Assembly (NCBI GenBank): GCA_965649825.1
Contig: OZ287714.1
Coordinates: 186,001 to 250,000, forward strand
Source of the DNA: Penicillus capitatus
Lineage: Eukaryota > Plantae > Chlorophyta
DNA length: 64,000 nucleotides
Reading direction: 5' to 3'
This document shows positions 36,201 through 46,903 of this stretch, piece by piece. A model generated the notes under the pieces. That model was given only the letters and a program-made list of their open reading frames with translations. It was not told the DNA's origin and ran no database searches. Numbering within the stretch: the first letter of the stretch is position 1; each line of letters begins with the position of its first letter. The translations under genes were made by a program, and so were the position numbers.

Positions 36201-37677
36201 AAAAACACAGCAGCTGTGTTTACAGCAAGGAGAACGTGGATGTCTGTGCTCGAAGATGGTCTTGTGGATGAAGCGACAGCTGCCAGAGAGCAGAAGGAGG
36301 TCATCAGCACATCGATTGTCGCCGTTGCACGTTATGCATTGGGACCCGATTGGGCTCCTCCAAAGGGAACACCTGAAGACATCGTGAAAGATCTGTCAAT
36401 GGATCGTTTGAAGAAAGAATTCAATTCGATGACTGTGGAAAGTCAGGCTTACTACGCTCTGGCTCTTCTGTCCGCCAAGAAGGTGGACCGGGCCGAAGTG
36501 AGAAAGGTTTTCGGGTCCTGGGAAAACAAGATTACGACAGCTGGAAACAGAGCCTATGTGACATCTGGCAAAGATTCCGTCACTGCTGATAGCAGTCTGG
36601 CAAACAGCCTTGTCTTCTTGGCCATGGTTCGTGGCGAGGCCAGCGACAATCTACTCAAGAGAATGGCATACTATGTGACAGCTCCGATCTCAGATCCTTA
36701 TGGCTTCAATGACTACTCCATTTACGCAAAGATGGTGGCAATGATTGGTCTGGCAGATTATGATGCCAGTCTCAAGCCTAAGAAAAACAACCTCAGACTC
36801 GAACTGCGATCTGGCACTATTATTTTGTTCTCCGCCTCTTTCACTCCAGGACGTCATCCAGTGTCTGCTCAATCGACGGCATGGGAAGATCTCGGCAACA
36901 ATCCTGGACCCATCCAGGTTTTCCCTCAAGGGGATGGCGAGATTAACGTGGCCATTGCGATGAAGTATGTTCCCAGTGACGCATTAGATAACCCAATCTA
37001 TAAGGGTATCTACGTCAACCGGGTGATCCAGCTAGACAGCGCTGGTCCTATGAGTGAAGGAGTTTCCAAAGTTCCGGTGGGAACTGTCGTCAACATTAAG
37101 ATCCATTTCATGACACCTACGGTCCTGGAACATACAACTGTTCAAGTATCTCTTCCGGCAGGGTTAGAACCTGTGCAATTAGGGGGAGAGGGCGCAGAGT
37201 TCTGCCCGATTCCATTTTTCGACCTCTTCAGTGATAAATTTTACCCAGACTGCCCAGAGCAGGTTAGCCTCTCTCTGCCTCCACACACAGTGCCGAGTCC
37301 TAATGCTTCTGTGTTTGTCTGTTCTGCAGATTACATTGGCCGATCAGGTTCAGTTTGTGTATAAGAGTGTGAGCGCAGGCGCACACACTGTGACCTTGAA
37401 AGCCGTTGCCGCGATCTCTGGAAGCTTTGGTGTGCCCCCTGCTCGTGTTTTTGTGACCGATACTCCGTCGATCATGGGTATGAGTAGCACTGCACGATTG
37501 GACATCTGCAAGGCGTCGGAAAAGAAGTGCGCGATAGAAACAGTCGACACGGAATTCATTGCAACCGAGTGCAAGAACAACTGCAATGGAAATGGGGTCT
37601 GCGATCTCAGCAACGGAAAATGCTCATGTTTCTATGGCTTCGGGGGAGACGACTGTCAAAAAGCTGGAGCTGCTTAG
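30273..37677 (+). CDS. Bacterial-type alpha-2-macroglobulin-like protein, secreted, with C-terminal EGF domain; about 17 introns, roughly 2,100 aa
   Basis: Spliced N-terminus MGTRRPPRLGLLVLLIAAFSI (signal peptide); GNYRWLTTYIVEFEP (Big_5-like); LVWVTNMKNSSPVADATVALY; ILDRPIARPGEWLRVKG (MG2); FAGAPIEDA; AIDTKILDL; FMIRAYASSGTGLFGS...FPAFTRLGD; VGTVVNI...SLPAGLEP and GSFGVPPARV (MG10); CKNNCNGNGVCDLSNGKCSCFYGFGGDDC (EGF). Confidence 0.85.
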
Positions 37678-37935
37678 AGTCGTTGATGTGACATTTGCGT
37701 AAGAAATCAACGACACAGAAAAAACAGTAATTATAAAATTCGACCTCATGTCTGTCGTTCTGTTACTTTCCTTACTGCGCAAACGTGATTTCATGGGAAG
37801 CCTTCAGCAATTAATCTTCAATCGTCTAGAACGACGGTTTGTCTCATAATCACAGACTGTAAGCAGCTTTCTGGACGTGTTAAATTGTCGTCATTCTTAA
37901 CAAACGGAACCTTCGTGAAGTGACGCGATCCGACG

Positions 37936-37954
37936 CATACATACATACATACAT
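37936..37954. repeat. (CATA)n microsatellite upstream of QSOX
   Basis: catacatacatacatacat read directly. Confidence 0.8.
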
Positions 37955-37995
37955 CGTTTCTCTGAACGCTCGCACAGGGACGTCTACGGCGCAAG

Positions 37996-39468
37996 ATGCG
38001 TCGGGCACTCGCGTTACTCTTTACGCTGAAATGTCTCTCGACTGTTCTGGCCTCCCATGCTGTCGTCACAGTGGAGACACCTGCGATAGACTTTGGTGTG
38101 GATAATTTTACACAGGAGCTAAGTGACGTCCGTTATGCGGGGAGCACCTGGCTCATCGAGTATTATGCGCACTGGTGTCCACACTGTCAGCATTTCAAAC
38201 CCATTTACGAAAAGATTGGCGCGTTCTTTAATAAAGAGCCCCGTCCGGAGCCTCTTCTCTGGGTGGCCCGCGTCGATTGTGCAGAAAAGGGGAACATGGC
38301 TCTCTGTGACAAATTCCTCGTTAAGTCATTTCCAACAATCTTGCTGGGTGGCGTTTCTGACTTTTTGGAACACAACGAAAAGAATCTAATGCCCATTCCA
38401 TCCAAACAACCACAAGCCATGATCGACTCTATCAATGCAAAGCTGGGAACACACTATGCGTTCGACGAGAAGAAGAAAACATCTGCACATCCAGTTGAAA
38501 AATGGAAGGATGCAGAGACGAAAGGATTTGGTGTGGACGATGTGGAGCGGGCCACTGTTGAACTCTTTGAGTATCTCTTTAGCTCGACACTCATTCTGCA
38601 GTCCTCAGAGGTGCGTCAGGATTTCCTGCAATGGATTACCTTGCTGTCAGAAGCGCATCCTTCTCCTCGCTGTCGACAAGGCTTTCGCTATGTGAAGAAA
38701 CAGATCGGCGTGCTGTGGCCGGAGACTTCGGTGAAGCCGATTCCGCATATGTCTCGTCTACATGTGTGCACTGTCCAATACGAGAAGAAGGAATGGCAGT
38801 CCTGTGCTGCTTCCGTTCCAGAAAAGCGTGGCTTCACCTGTGGACTGTGGCAGCTGCTCCATGCACTGTCTGTTGGTATTGAGGACCAGCAGACCGATCT
38901 TTGGATGCAGGGTGTCCGTGCATTTGCCCGGCACTTCTTCGGCTGCGCAGAATGTGCCAAACACTTTCTCTTGACCCTTGACAGAGAAGAGGCGAGAAGA
39001 GTGCAGTCTCGAAGAGAGCTGATCATGTGGCTGTGGTCCATACACAACCTCGTTAATAAGAGACTCGGCAGAGAAGAAAGAGAGAATGGAATGGGAGATC
39101 CAGAGTTCCCCAAAGTCCAGTGGCCTCCTGTCCGGCTCTGTCCTCAGTGTCATAGTACCTCCCATAGTGAAGACCAGGTCGACTGGAATGAGTATGAGGT
39201 TTTGGAATTCCTCGATCGCTTCTATGCTTCAGTGGATGAAGAGGAGCGGCCCATGAGTGTCAGTCGCAAGGAATTGATAGATGGCGAGCGAGAGTTCACT
39301 TCTGTAGATGTCTTTTCCAAAGAGGATGCCACTGCCATGGAACTCCATGCAAGGACGGGTGTCGATATCACCTGGTATGTCTTGATCGTGATGATCATCC
39401 TTGTTGTTGTTTTGGTGAAAAGAAGCAGAAGACGTAAACTTGTTCCAAATGCAAAGGATATTCTGTGA
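37996..39468 (+). CDS. QSOX: Quiescin sulfhydryl oxidase (thioredoxin + ERV/ALR); intronless
   Basis: Signal peptide, WCPHC, FTCGLWQLLH, FFGCAECAKHF, WLWSIHNLVNKRL, WPPVRLCPQC, C-terminal TM helix followed by KRSRRRK. Confidence 0.95.
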   Translation: MRRALALLFTLKCLSTVLASHAVVTVETPAIDFGVDNFTQELSDVRYAGSTWLIEYYAHWCPHCQHFKPIYEKIGAFFNKEPRPEPLLWVARVDCAEKGNMALCDKFLVKSFPTILLGGVSDFLEHNEKNLMPIPSKQPQAMIDSINAKLGTHYAFDEKKKTSAHPVEKWKDAETKGFGVDDVERATVELFEYLFSSTLILQSSEVRQDFLQWITLLSEAHPSPRCRQGFRYVKKQIGVLWPETSVKPIPHMSRLHVCTVQYEKKEWQSCAASVPEKRGFTCGLWQLLHALSVGIEDQQTDLWMQGVRAFARHFFGCAECAKHFLLTLDREEARRVQSRRELIMWLWSIHNLVNKRLGREERENGMGDPEFPKVQWPPVRLCPQCHSTSHSEDQVDWNEYEVLEFLDRFYASVDEEERPMSVSRKELIDGEREFTSVDVFSKEDATAMELHARTGVDITWYVLIVMIILVVVLVKRSRRRKLVPNAKDIL

Positions 39469-39512
39469 GGCACGTTTTTTGGGAAGTGGGATGCCCATGG
39501 ACCTTCCCTCGA

Positions 39513-40551
39513 TCATGTTGTCGAATCGATTGGAATAATCGTCGATGTCTTTACAGGACACTGTCTTCCCATGAACTCCTCGATATCGCACGGACTCGCC
39601 TGTAAACAAACATCTCTTTGAATCCTGTGTTGGAGAACACTGAATGTGGACGACCTTAAGAAGGAGTGACTGTTCAGCAAATGTTCGCTGTATGGATTGG
39701 AAAAACTGTTCTTTAGTTCGGAATTTTCTATGGAGTGAGCACAAGAAGGCGTCGTGACTGCGATTCTGTCATCGTCTTTCTATTCGTGACGGTTATGGGT
39801 AGATGGATAAGTACTTGTCTGTATTGGGGCTGTCTCGGTGGCTGTTTCAGTGCCTTCATTCTTGCAGGCTCAATGTCCCAGAGAAAAGAAGTGTGATGCA
39901 GCCAGCGATCCTTCACAATAGATTGCGCATTTCCTCCAAACTTCAGATCCCCAAACACATAGTCTGAACCATAAGGATCACACGTGTCAGGATTCTTCGT
40001 GTTCGATGTACCATTGTCCCGAAGCTGAAAATCGCCCAACTCTGAAAAAGCAGGCGAGTACAGATCTCTTGTCCACTGCATGATGGGTCGAGGATACGGA
40101 TGCACATGAGGCAATGTGGATTTCTAAACGCATAAGACATACACGTAGAGAGAATGTATGAGAGACGCGTGTTTCAGTAGTGTGACCTGAAAGATCAGCG
40201 TGACCAAGAGCGCGTTATCATCTATCAAAACCGTTCCTCCACCAGAGAACCGCCGAACCATCGAAGTGATACCCACTTTCTTCGCTCGTCGGACGTCCAC
40301 CACATCATCCAGTTTCCTATCACGATCAATCGCAGCGTCGATACGAATTGCCAGAATGCAAGTGGGGGCCACGCAGAGATGCCCAGAACGATCGTCGGCT
40401 GTGCAATGTCGCTGTTTGCGATGCACCAATTGCGTTCGTCTGTGCGCAACAGCACCTCTTCCAGATGAAGCTGCTGAAGGATCGGCATGCGATGGAGACG
40501 CAGAAAATGAACGACGCGAGAGACCATGACAGCAACGACGATGAGGAACAT
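39513..40551 (-). CDS. Lipoate-protein ligase A-like (BPL/LplA/LipB family); multi-exon
   Basis: ILQQLHLEEVLLR, IVLGIS, VRRFSGGGTV, DYVFGDLKFGGNAQSIVKDRWLHHTSFLWD, QPQYRQ|NRSHDAFL. Start codon is uncertain (40551 or a nearby ATG). Confidence 0.85.
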
Positions 40552-40573
40552 CTACTCGAAGACATGCGTCTAC

Positions 40574-41369
40574 TTAATCACTCTCCGATGAAGCATCTTC
40601 CTGCGAGATGGGATGCCTTCCGCGCTCGGCAAACCAGTCAATAAACTCCTCCAGAGACACCACTCCATTGTTGTCTTTATCAATTTCGGCAAAGATCTGC
40701 TCAACCTCACTCTCTGACCATCCCAATGTCATGATGGCGCTGAAGAATTCATCTCGGTCGAGTGTGTTGTCTCCGTTGTCGTCGTACACTCTAAAGGCAT
40801 GGATAGGAAGACGAGATGGATAGAGGTGCGATCGGCATTGCCTGAAGATCTCGGTGATGTCTTCCATCATCTCTGGGTCCAGTTTCGTTTTCTTCTCCTT
40901 CTGAAAGGGACGCGCTGTGTCGATCATGGATCTCAGATCGTCGTGGGAAGTGGATGGGAACAAAGCTCGCATCAACTGAGCAAAGGATATGCGTCCCTGT
41001 TTGTGGATATCTGCTTTGTTGAAAAGACTTGTTGCCACTGCGAGCAACTGTGGGGTATTATGCTGCACGTACGTTTTGAATTCGCGTAAACGCACTCTTC
41101 CACTATCATCACGATCAATTTCACAGAAGACTTGATAGATCATCTTCAGATCCGATGCACTAGAAAACACAGGGCTGCCACAAGGTAGTAATGGCGTGGT
41201 TCTACTTCACAAGTGTCATATCAAACACACGTGTGCCAGACAGGCGATTCAATCCTGCATGACCTTTGACCCAAAAACACGTTCTTGGCAGCCTGCTCGT
41301 CGATCTAGAAATCACAGTTCTCTTAGAAAGATGGCGATGATTGATCAGATGTCGTACCCAGATCTCCAT
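40574..41369 (-). CDS. Four-EF-hand calcium-binding (calmodulin-like) protein; 5' end tentative
   Basis: DRDDSGRVRLREF, DIHKQGRISFAQL, DDNGDNTLDRDEF, DKDNNGVVSLEEF; in-frame GC-AG intron at 40791-40841; tentative upstream exons MEIW|IDEQAAKNVFLGQR. Confidence 0.8.
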
Positions 41370-41871
41370 TTGTCAAAAGACTTGACACTTCTGCGGGCGT
41401 TGCTGTGACATTGCATCACCCTGAGGCACAATTGCCATATCCCTGCCTATCTATCAGAATAGACAACCTGTGATGCTTCCGAATGGCCTGCGCCTCCACA
41501 CCGTGATGACAGATCTGTTGACATATACGAGAAATGAACATGCCTTATGGAAATGCGTCTTCTGAACTTTGTTGTCCACTCCTGTCCCCAGAAAGGCAAA
41601 GAATGTATTCCAGACGTGTATTGGCACCCGACTCTGTTACATAAGAGCAACAGGATACATGCATCCAGGACTGCTGTCGAGAAGACATTGAGTCTCATGA
41701 GCTCTTTCTTGAACACATGGATATCGATTCGTTGCATCTGGTTTTTGTCGATGGTCTCGAAGATATCATCGGCCGCGTCATACTTTGCGCAAAGTGACAC
41801 TTCTTGTCCACTGAGCACGATGCATACTATTCGCTCCATTTCGATTCTGCGTGTGTTCGTTCGTTTTCTCG

Positions 41872-42920
41872 ATCGGCATTCCGAAAGAGGTTCTCCGAGA
41901 TGGAAGCGCTGGCAGATCCGGCATACGAACAGGTCGTTCTATCAAAAGGTGTTTAAACTGTCGCTGTCAGATGTGTGTTTGATTCCATTGCTCTTCTTTC
42001 CAGCCCCTGGATACGAGTACAAGGACGAGCAAGGATGCATACAGGGTCCGTTTCCCGCCATTGCCTTTTTCACCTGGGGTCTCAAAGGACTCTTGCCTCC
42101 GACGATCACACTGAGACGCCCAGGTCGTCGAGAATTCCGTCCCCTGTCGTATTTTGAATCGGAGATATTGATTGTCGCTCGAATTCAGTTAACAAATCAG
42201 ATGCTGTATAGAAAGGAATGGTTCTATCTGGATGCCAGTCAACAAGTCCAGGGACCCTTCTCCGCTGCAGACATGACTGGATATGTGGCCACGCGTTACA
42301 TGAGGGAATCTGTCAAGTTTTACGGAAGAGCCATCCAACAAGACAACATACCGCCGCCATCTGCAGCCTCTCCAGAGTTCCACAGTTATGGACATCTCCT
42401 CGACAAAACAATGAAAGAATACAGGGAAGAGATCAAGGTGCATGTCATCCGAGATTCCCCCTCTTAAATAAAGACACGTGTGTTGTGTTAGCGCTGGAGA
42501 GAAAGAGTGTATGGAAGGGAGGCATCCATGAAGCATCCGGATACAAGGGAAATGGCAAATGGTCTGAACAACGGCGTGGAAGCATCTTCAGATGCGGGAT
42601 CGATGAGGACCTCAGCTCTGCCCATATTGACTCCAGTTCCGCCCTCATCGATCGAAAGTGTGACGCAAGTCCCAGAGCTGACATTCAATGAACTGAGAGA
42701 TAAATACACCCACCGTCTCTTCTCTGATCCGGAACAGGTCTGGTATGTGGTACACGAGAACAAGGTTATTGGCCCGTTTGACACGTTGGAGTCGCACGCT
42801 TCTCACTTCGATGCACACAAGCTACTCGGCAGCACGAGAAGAAATGTACCCTTCTCTGATAAGCAAGTCTTTGCCACCTTTGAAGAACATCTCAATCGAT
42901 TGCATCATGCTGGCATATGA
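41872..42920 (+). CDS. Protein with three GYF-like domains; start not resolved
   Basis: YEYKDEQGCIQGPF, WFYLDASQQVQGPFS, WYVVHENKVIGPF; intron after YREEIK (~42439-42491) joins ORFs 41547-42467 and 42507-42920. Confidence 0.7.
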
Positions 42921-43045
42921 TGGTATGGTGATTTTGGTTTGAATGGCGTTTCTGTGTTGTTGTTATTAAGGAAGAGATGTGTGCGTTATAAACAATGTTT
43001 GATAAAAGTGCATCCATTACAGCAACAGATTTCCGGAATTCTTTG

Positions 43046-44482
43046 TCAAGGATCAGTGGCTTTGTTGATCACGGATGGTGCAAAGTACTGTCCTAGTACA
43101 GGAAAGGACATCCAATCCTGTGGATATCCCGCCCACCAACGATGACTCTGCTTCTCTTTACGGACTGTCAGAAACCGAAATGCAGCTTGTTCGGATGCAA
43201 TGCACCATGGCTTACATCTCTGCAAACAACGACACTGGCACACCTCCGTTCAAAGACTGGAGAGGCATGGAGGCACCTGTGGCTTTGTAATGAGGACGGC
43301 GGCTGCACGAGATGCATCCCATCCCGGATTTGGAGATTGCGCCGCCAAAGCCAGCATGTATGCAGTGGCGAAGGTGTCACCGGCACCGTTTGTGTCGATG
43401 ACCTTGTCAACTTTCGTCGCATTGATGTCCATCTGAGAATATCCTTCAACAAATTCTGTTGCTCCTTTGTCTCCTCGCGTAATCAGCAATCGATCACTGG
43501 AGGACACCACCTTTGCAAGGTCTTCTTTAGACCATGGATCAGATTCCACATCGGACAGGAAAACAGATACCCCTTCACCCAAGCTTTTCTGCAGATGCAC
43601 TCCAATGCGTTATGTTTCGGAACAAAGGGATGCGTGCCAGCAGGAGAGGATGTGGGGCATTGTAGGCAAACACTTTTCCATCTGCAGCTGTGTCCCTCTG
43701 AAAGCCTTGTGCTGCCAGGCCAATCTGCTGAGGCAACAGCCGGTTCTGAATATCTGTACACACAGAGAACCCAATCTGTCACATCATGAAAGAGAGATAC
43801 TCAAAACGACTTCTCCATTTGACAAAGGAAGGCGAATAGACATCTGTGGGGAGTAACGGCATGATCAAGACCGTCTTGGCCAAACGGCACTGCAGAGGAA
43901 CGTGGTGCAGATCAAGAGTGATGGAAGGTCGGCCAGTGACGTGCAACACACGTTTATGACCTGTCACATCATCCGCCTTCACTGAACAGTCCCTCATGGT
44001 TGTCGAATCTCACCCCACCACGTGTAGGTGTGCACAAATGTCAGCGATTCTTTGTCTGGCACAATATGCAGGTCGTGATTTTTAAAAATAGACAAATCGG
44101 CATCTGGCCCAGCAGCTGCAGCAATCTCACTGTCTTGAGACATTCACACATGTGTAGTCGTGGACTCACTCGTCACAACACAAGCTCTCTTTCCTTGTGC
44201 TTCCAGTACTGCCGAAGCATAAGAAATCGCACCACCCTGCCACACCATCCATGATTCCTCAAGTATCTATACATGATGTGAAAGGGGAAACGCACAACGG
44301 TGCGGTTGCCGTCGACGATGTCGATTGTCACGTTTCCGACGAGCAGCACTTCGGGTCTGGACACAGACAACAGACTTTCTGGATCATTGCAGTTGAGAAG
44401 ACCCGCACCGAAGCCGCTGAAGCATCAGCAGTGTCCCAATGGCAAGTGCTGCCGTCAGAGCGAAGAACGAAATGTGCCGCAT
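43046..44482 (-). CDS. PfkB/ribokinase-family carbohydrate kinase with N-terminal hydrophobic signal/anchor; multi-exon
   Basis: VLLVGNVTIDIV, GGAISYAS, LITRGDKGA, DTNGAGDTFATAYM (PfkB signature 2). Confidence 0.85.
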
Positions 44483-44679
44483 GGTTTCCCGTCGACGCGG
44501 TTATCGCAGTAAAGGATGACGGTCGTAGATTCTCCGGCTCACAAGTATAGACAATGCAAAGGCGAAGCCATCGATGACGTCACATCACAAAAAATCCGAC
44601 GATTCAAAAAATAAACAATCGAACAATGAGAAAAGGACACCAGGCATCAGGATACTCCTCAAGATGCCGCCGCCATCGT

Positions 44680-46564
44680 CTAGTCTTGATATCTCATGGA
44701 GCTCTTCTCGAATCCAATAGTGGGAAAGTGCTTAGCATACAGCGTCACATCATTACCCAGTGCTTCGATCTCCGGAGATTTGTTCTGCTCTAGGTATCGA
44801 TTGAAGTCTTTTACTTTGGAGCCAATCTCTTTTTCGGCCTTGGCCTTAATGTCTTTGGCAATGACGACCCCGCGATCGACGAATTCTGCGACTTTGTCGA
44901 AGTCGCGTTCCGTGAATCCGCGGGTCGTCAGTGCTGGCGTCCCCATGCGCAATCCTCCAGGGATCATGGCACTGACGTCTCCAGGGACAGTGTTCTTGTT
45001 GCATGCAATGTGTGCCATTTCTAAGACGCGTTCCACCCGTGCGCCGTCGACGCCTTTCGGTCTGAGATCCAGCAACAGCAGATGGTTTTCTGTTCCCCCG
45101 GACACAAGGGTGTAGCCTCTCGACATCAATCCATTCGCCAACGCTTGGCAGTTTTTCAGAACCTGAATCTGGTATTCCTTGAACTCTGGGCTCAGGGCTT
45201 GTTTGAGGGCGCAGGCCAATCCAGAAATCGTGTGATTGTGGGGTCCTCCTTGGAGGCCAGGAAAGACGGCGAAGTTGATTTTGCTATCCAGATCGTACAT
45301 GATCGGCGTCCCTTTCTTATCGACGCCTTTCTGGCCTTTCCGATAGAAAATCATCGCGCCGCGAGGGCCCCTCAATGATTTATGTGTCGTGGTGGTCACC
45401 ACGTCGCAATGCTCAAAAGGACCAGGAATGACATCTGCTGCAACCAAGCCACTGATGTGTGCCATGTCTCCTGCAGGGACAGCATTGAGAATGAGCTGCC
45501 GGTAAGATAGAATACAGCATTACCCAATAGAATAGCCTTCGCTTTGTCAGCAATCTGACGCATTCTTGGGTAATCATAGTGTCGAGAATAGGCAGAAAAG
45601 CCAGCAATAATGATCTTCGGTCGGAAAAGCATCGCCATCTCCTCAAGTTTGTCATAGTCAATGAGGCCAGTCTCTTCGTTCAGGCGATAAGCCATTGTCT
45701 AAAGGACAGAAAGATATGCGGACGGGATCATGAGAAGTACGATCGGCATTTCGATGTACCTCGAAGTAGATGGAGACAGCTGAGATCTTTTTTGTGTCTG
45801 TTTGGTATCCATGACTCAAGTGACCTCCATGTGGCAGATCCAAAGCCATGATTCGATCGTGCGGCTTGAGCAGTGCTGTGTAGACTTGAAAATTGGATGG
45901 TGATCCAGAGAGGGACTGCACATTGACACCCCATTTTTCGGGATCTAACCTATAGGCCTCTAGTGCCCGTTTCTGACACAGACTCTCTGCCATATCGATA
46001 AACTCATTGCCACCATAATATCTCGCTCCTGGATATCCCTCAGAATACTTGTTTGTCATGACAGATCCAACAGCCTCCAACACGGATGCAGATGTAAAGT
46101 TTTCAGACGGAATCAATTCCAGTCCCTGGGAATACAGTGATCTTCTCACTCAGCCTTGGGCAGATGAAGAAGAGGGCAGCACCTTGTACTGGCGGTTTTT
46201 CTCTTTTTCGATGATATCGAACAATTCAGGATCCATCTCGGACAGCGGAGCATTCATCTTCGACACCCATTTCTACAGTTGTCATTGAAGGGGATGAAAA
46301 ACGATGTCCGTCTGATGGCACTATACCGGTAGTTCTTCTGCCTCTGGTGACGCCGCCGGCTGCGAACACACATAATTGGCGAAGAAAGCACGTAACGGAC
46401 AAGGAGCTTACCACTGCCGCAAAAGACTGCGTGGCCAAAAGCTGAACAACGAACAAGAAATGATGAGCACATCGGCTTCTCGGATTCGAGGGAGCAGATC
46501 ATACCGGTTGAAGTCGGGTCACAAGGCTTCTGACTCCAGATACCGTCCGCGTCAATCCATACAT
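44680..46564 (-). CDS. SHMT: Serine hydroxymethyltransferase, mitochondrial type; multi-exon
   Basis: [65 protein letters not shown]; Arg/Ser/Thr-rich presequence [20 protein letters not shown]. Confidence 0.97.
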
Positions 46565-46903
46565 GATGGAACAAAGCGTCACAATGGGCGACAAGAAGAG
46601 AGATGAAAGAACAAGAGCGACACGAGCAAACGCGATTCTATACTACCTCAAATGGCGTACGACGTTGTTTGTTCAACGTCACATCTTCGCCCCTTTCGTT
46701 TCACTTAATGACCAATCGCTTCTTTCATTTCGTCGAATGTCTTTCAATGGGAACCATTGTTAGCGATCGTTCAGCACAAGGACCCTTCCCATCATCTAAA
46801 CCCTTTCCAAATGTCAAAAAGCTAAAAACGAAACGATGTTATGCGTTTGAACATTCATGACGCACTCATGTAATGTTTGTTCTGCAAAAGAGCTCAAGCA
46901 GAT

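Noticed and set aside
41447-41839. Minus-strand ORF with an EF-hand-like stretch (DDIFETIDKNQMQRIDIHVF) as an upstream exon of the EF-hand gene
   Set aside because: The loop lacks key ligands and the frame could not be joined to the downstream exons; it also overlaps the unmotifed 5' half of ORF 41547-42467. Left unresolved.
28669-46564. Photorespiration/one-carbon cluster (CA1P phosphatase-like, LplA-like, SHMT)
   Set aside because: The genes are interspersed with unrelated ones on mixed strands; chance adjacency is more likely.
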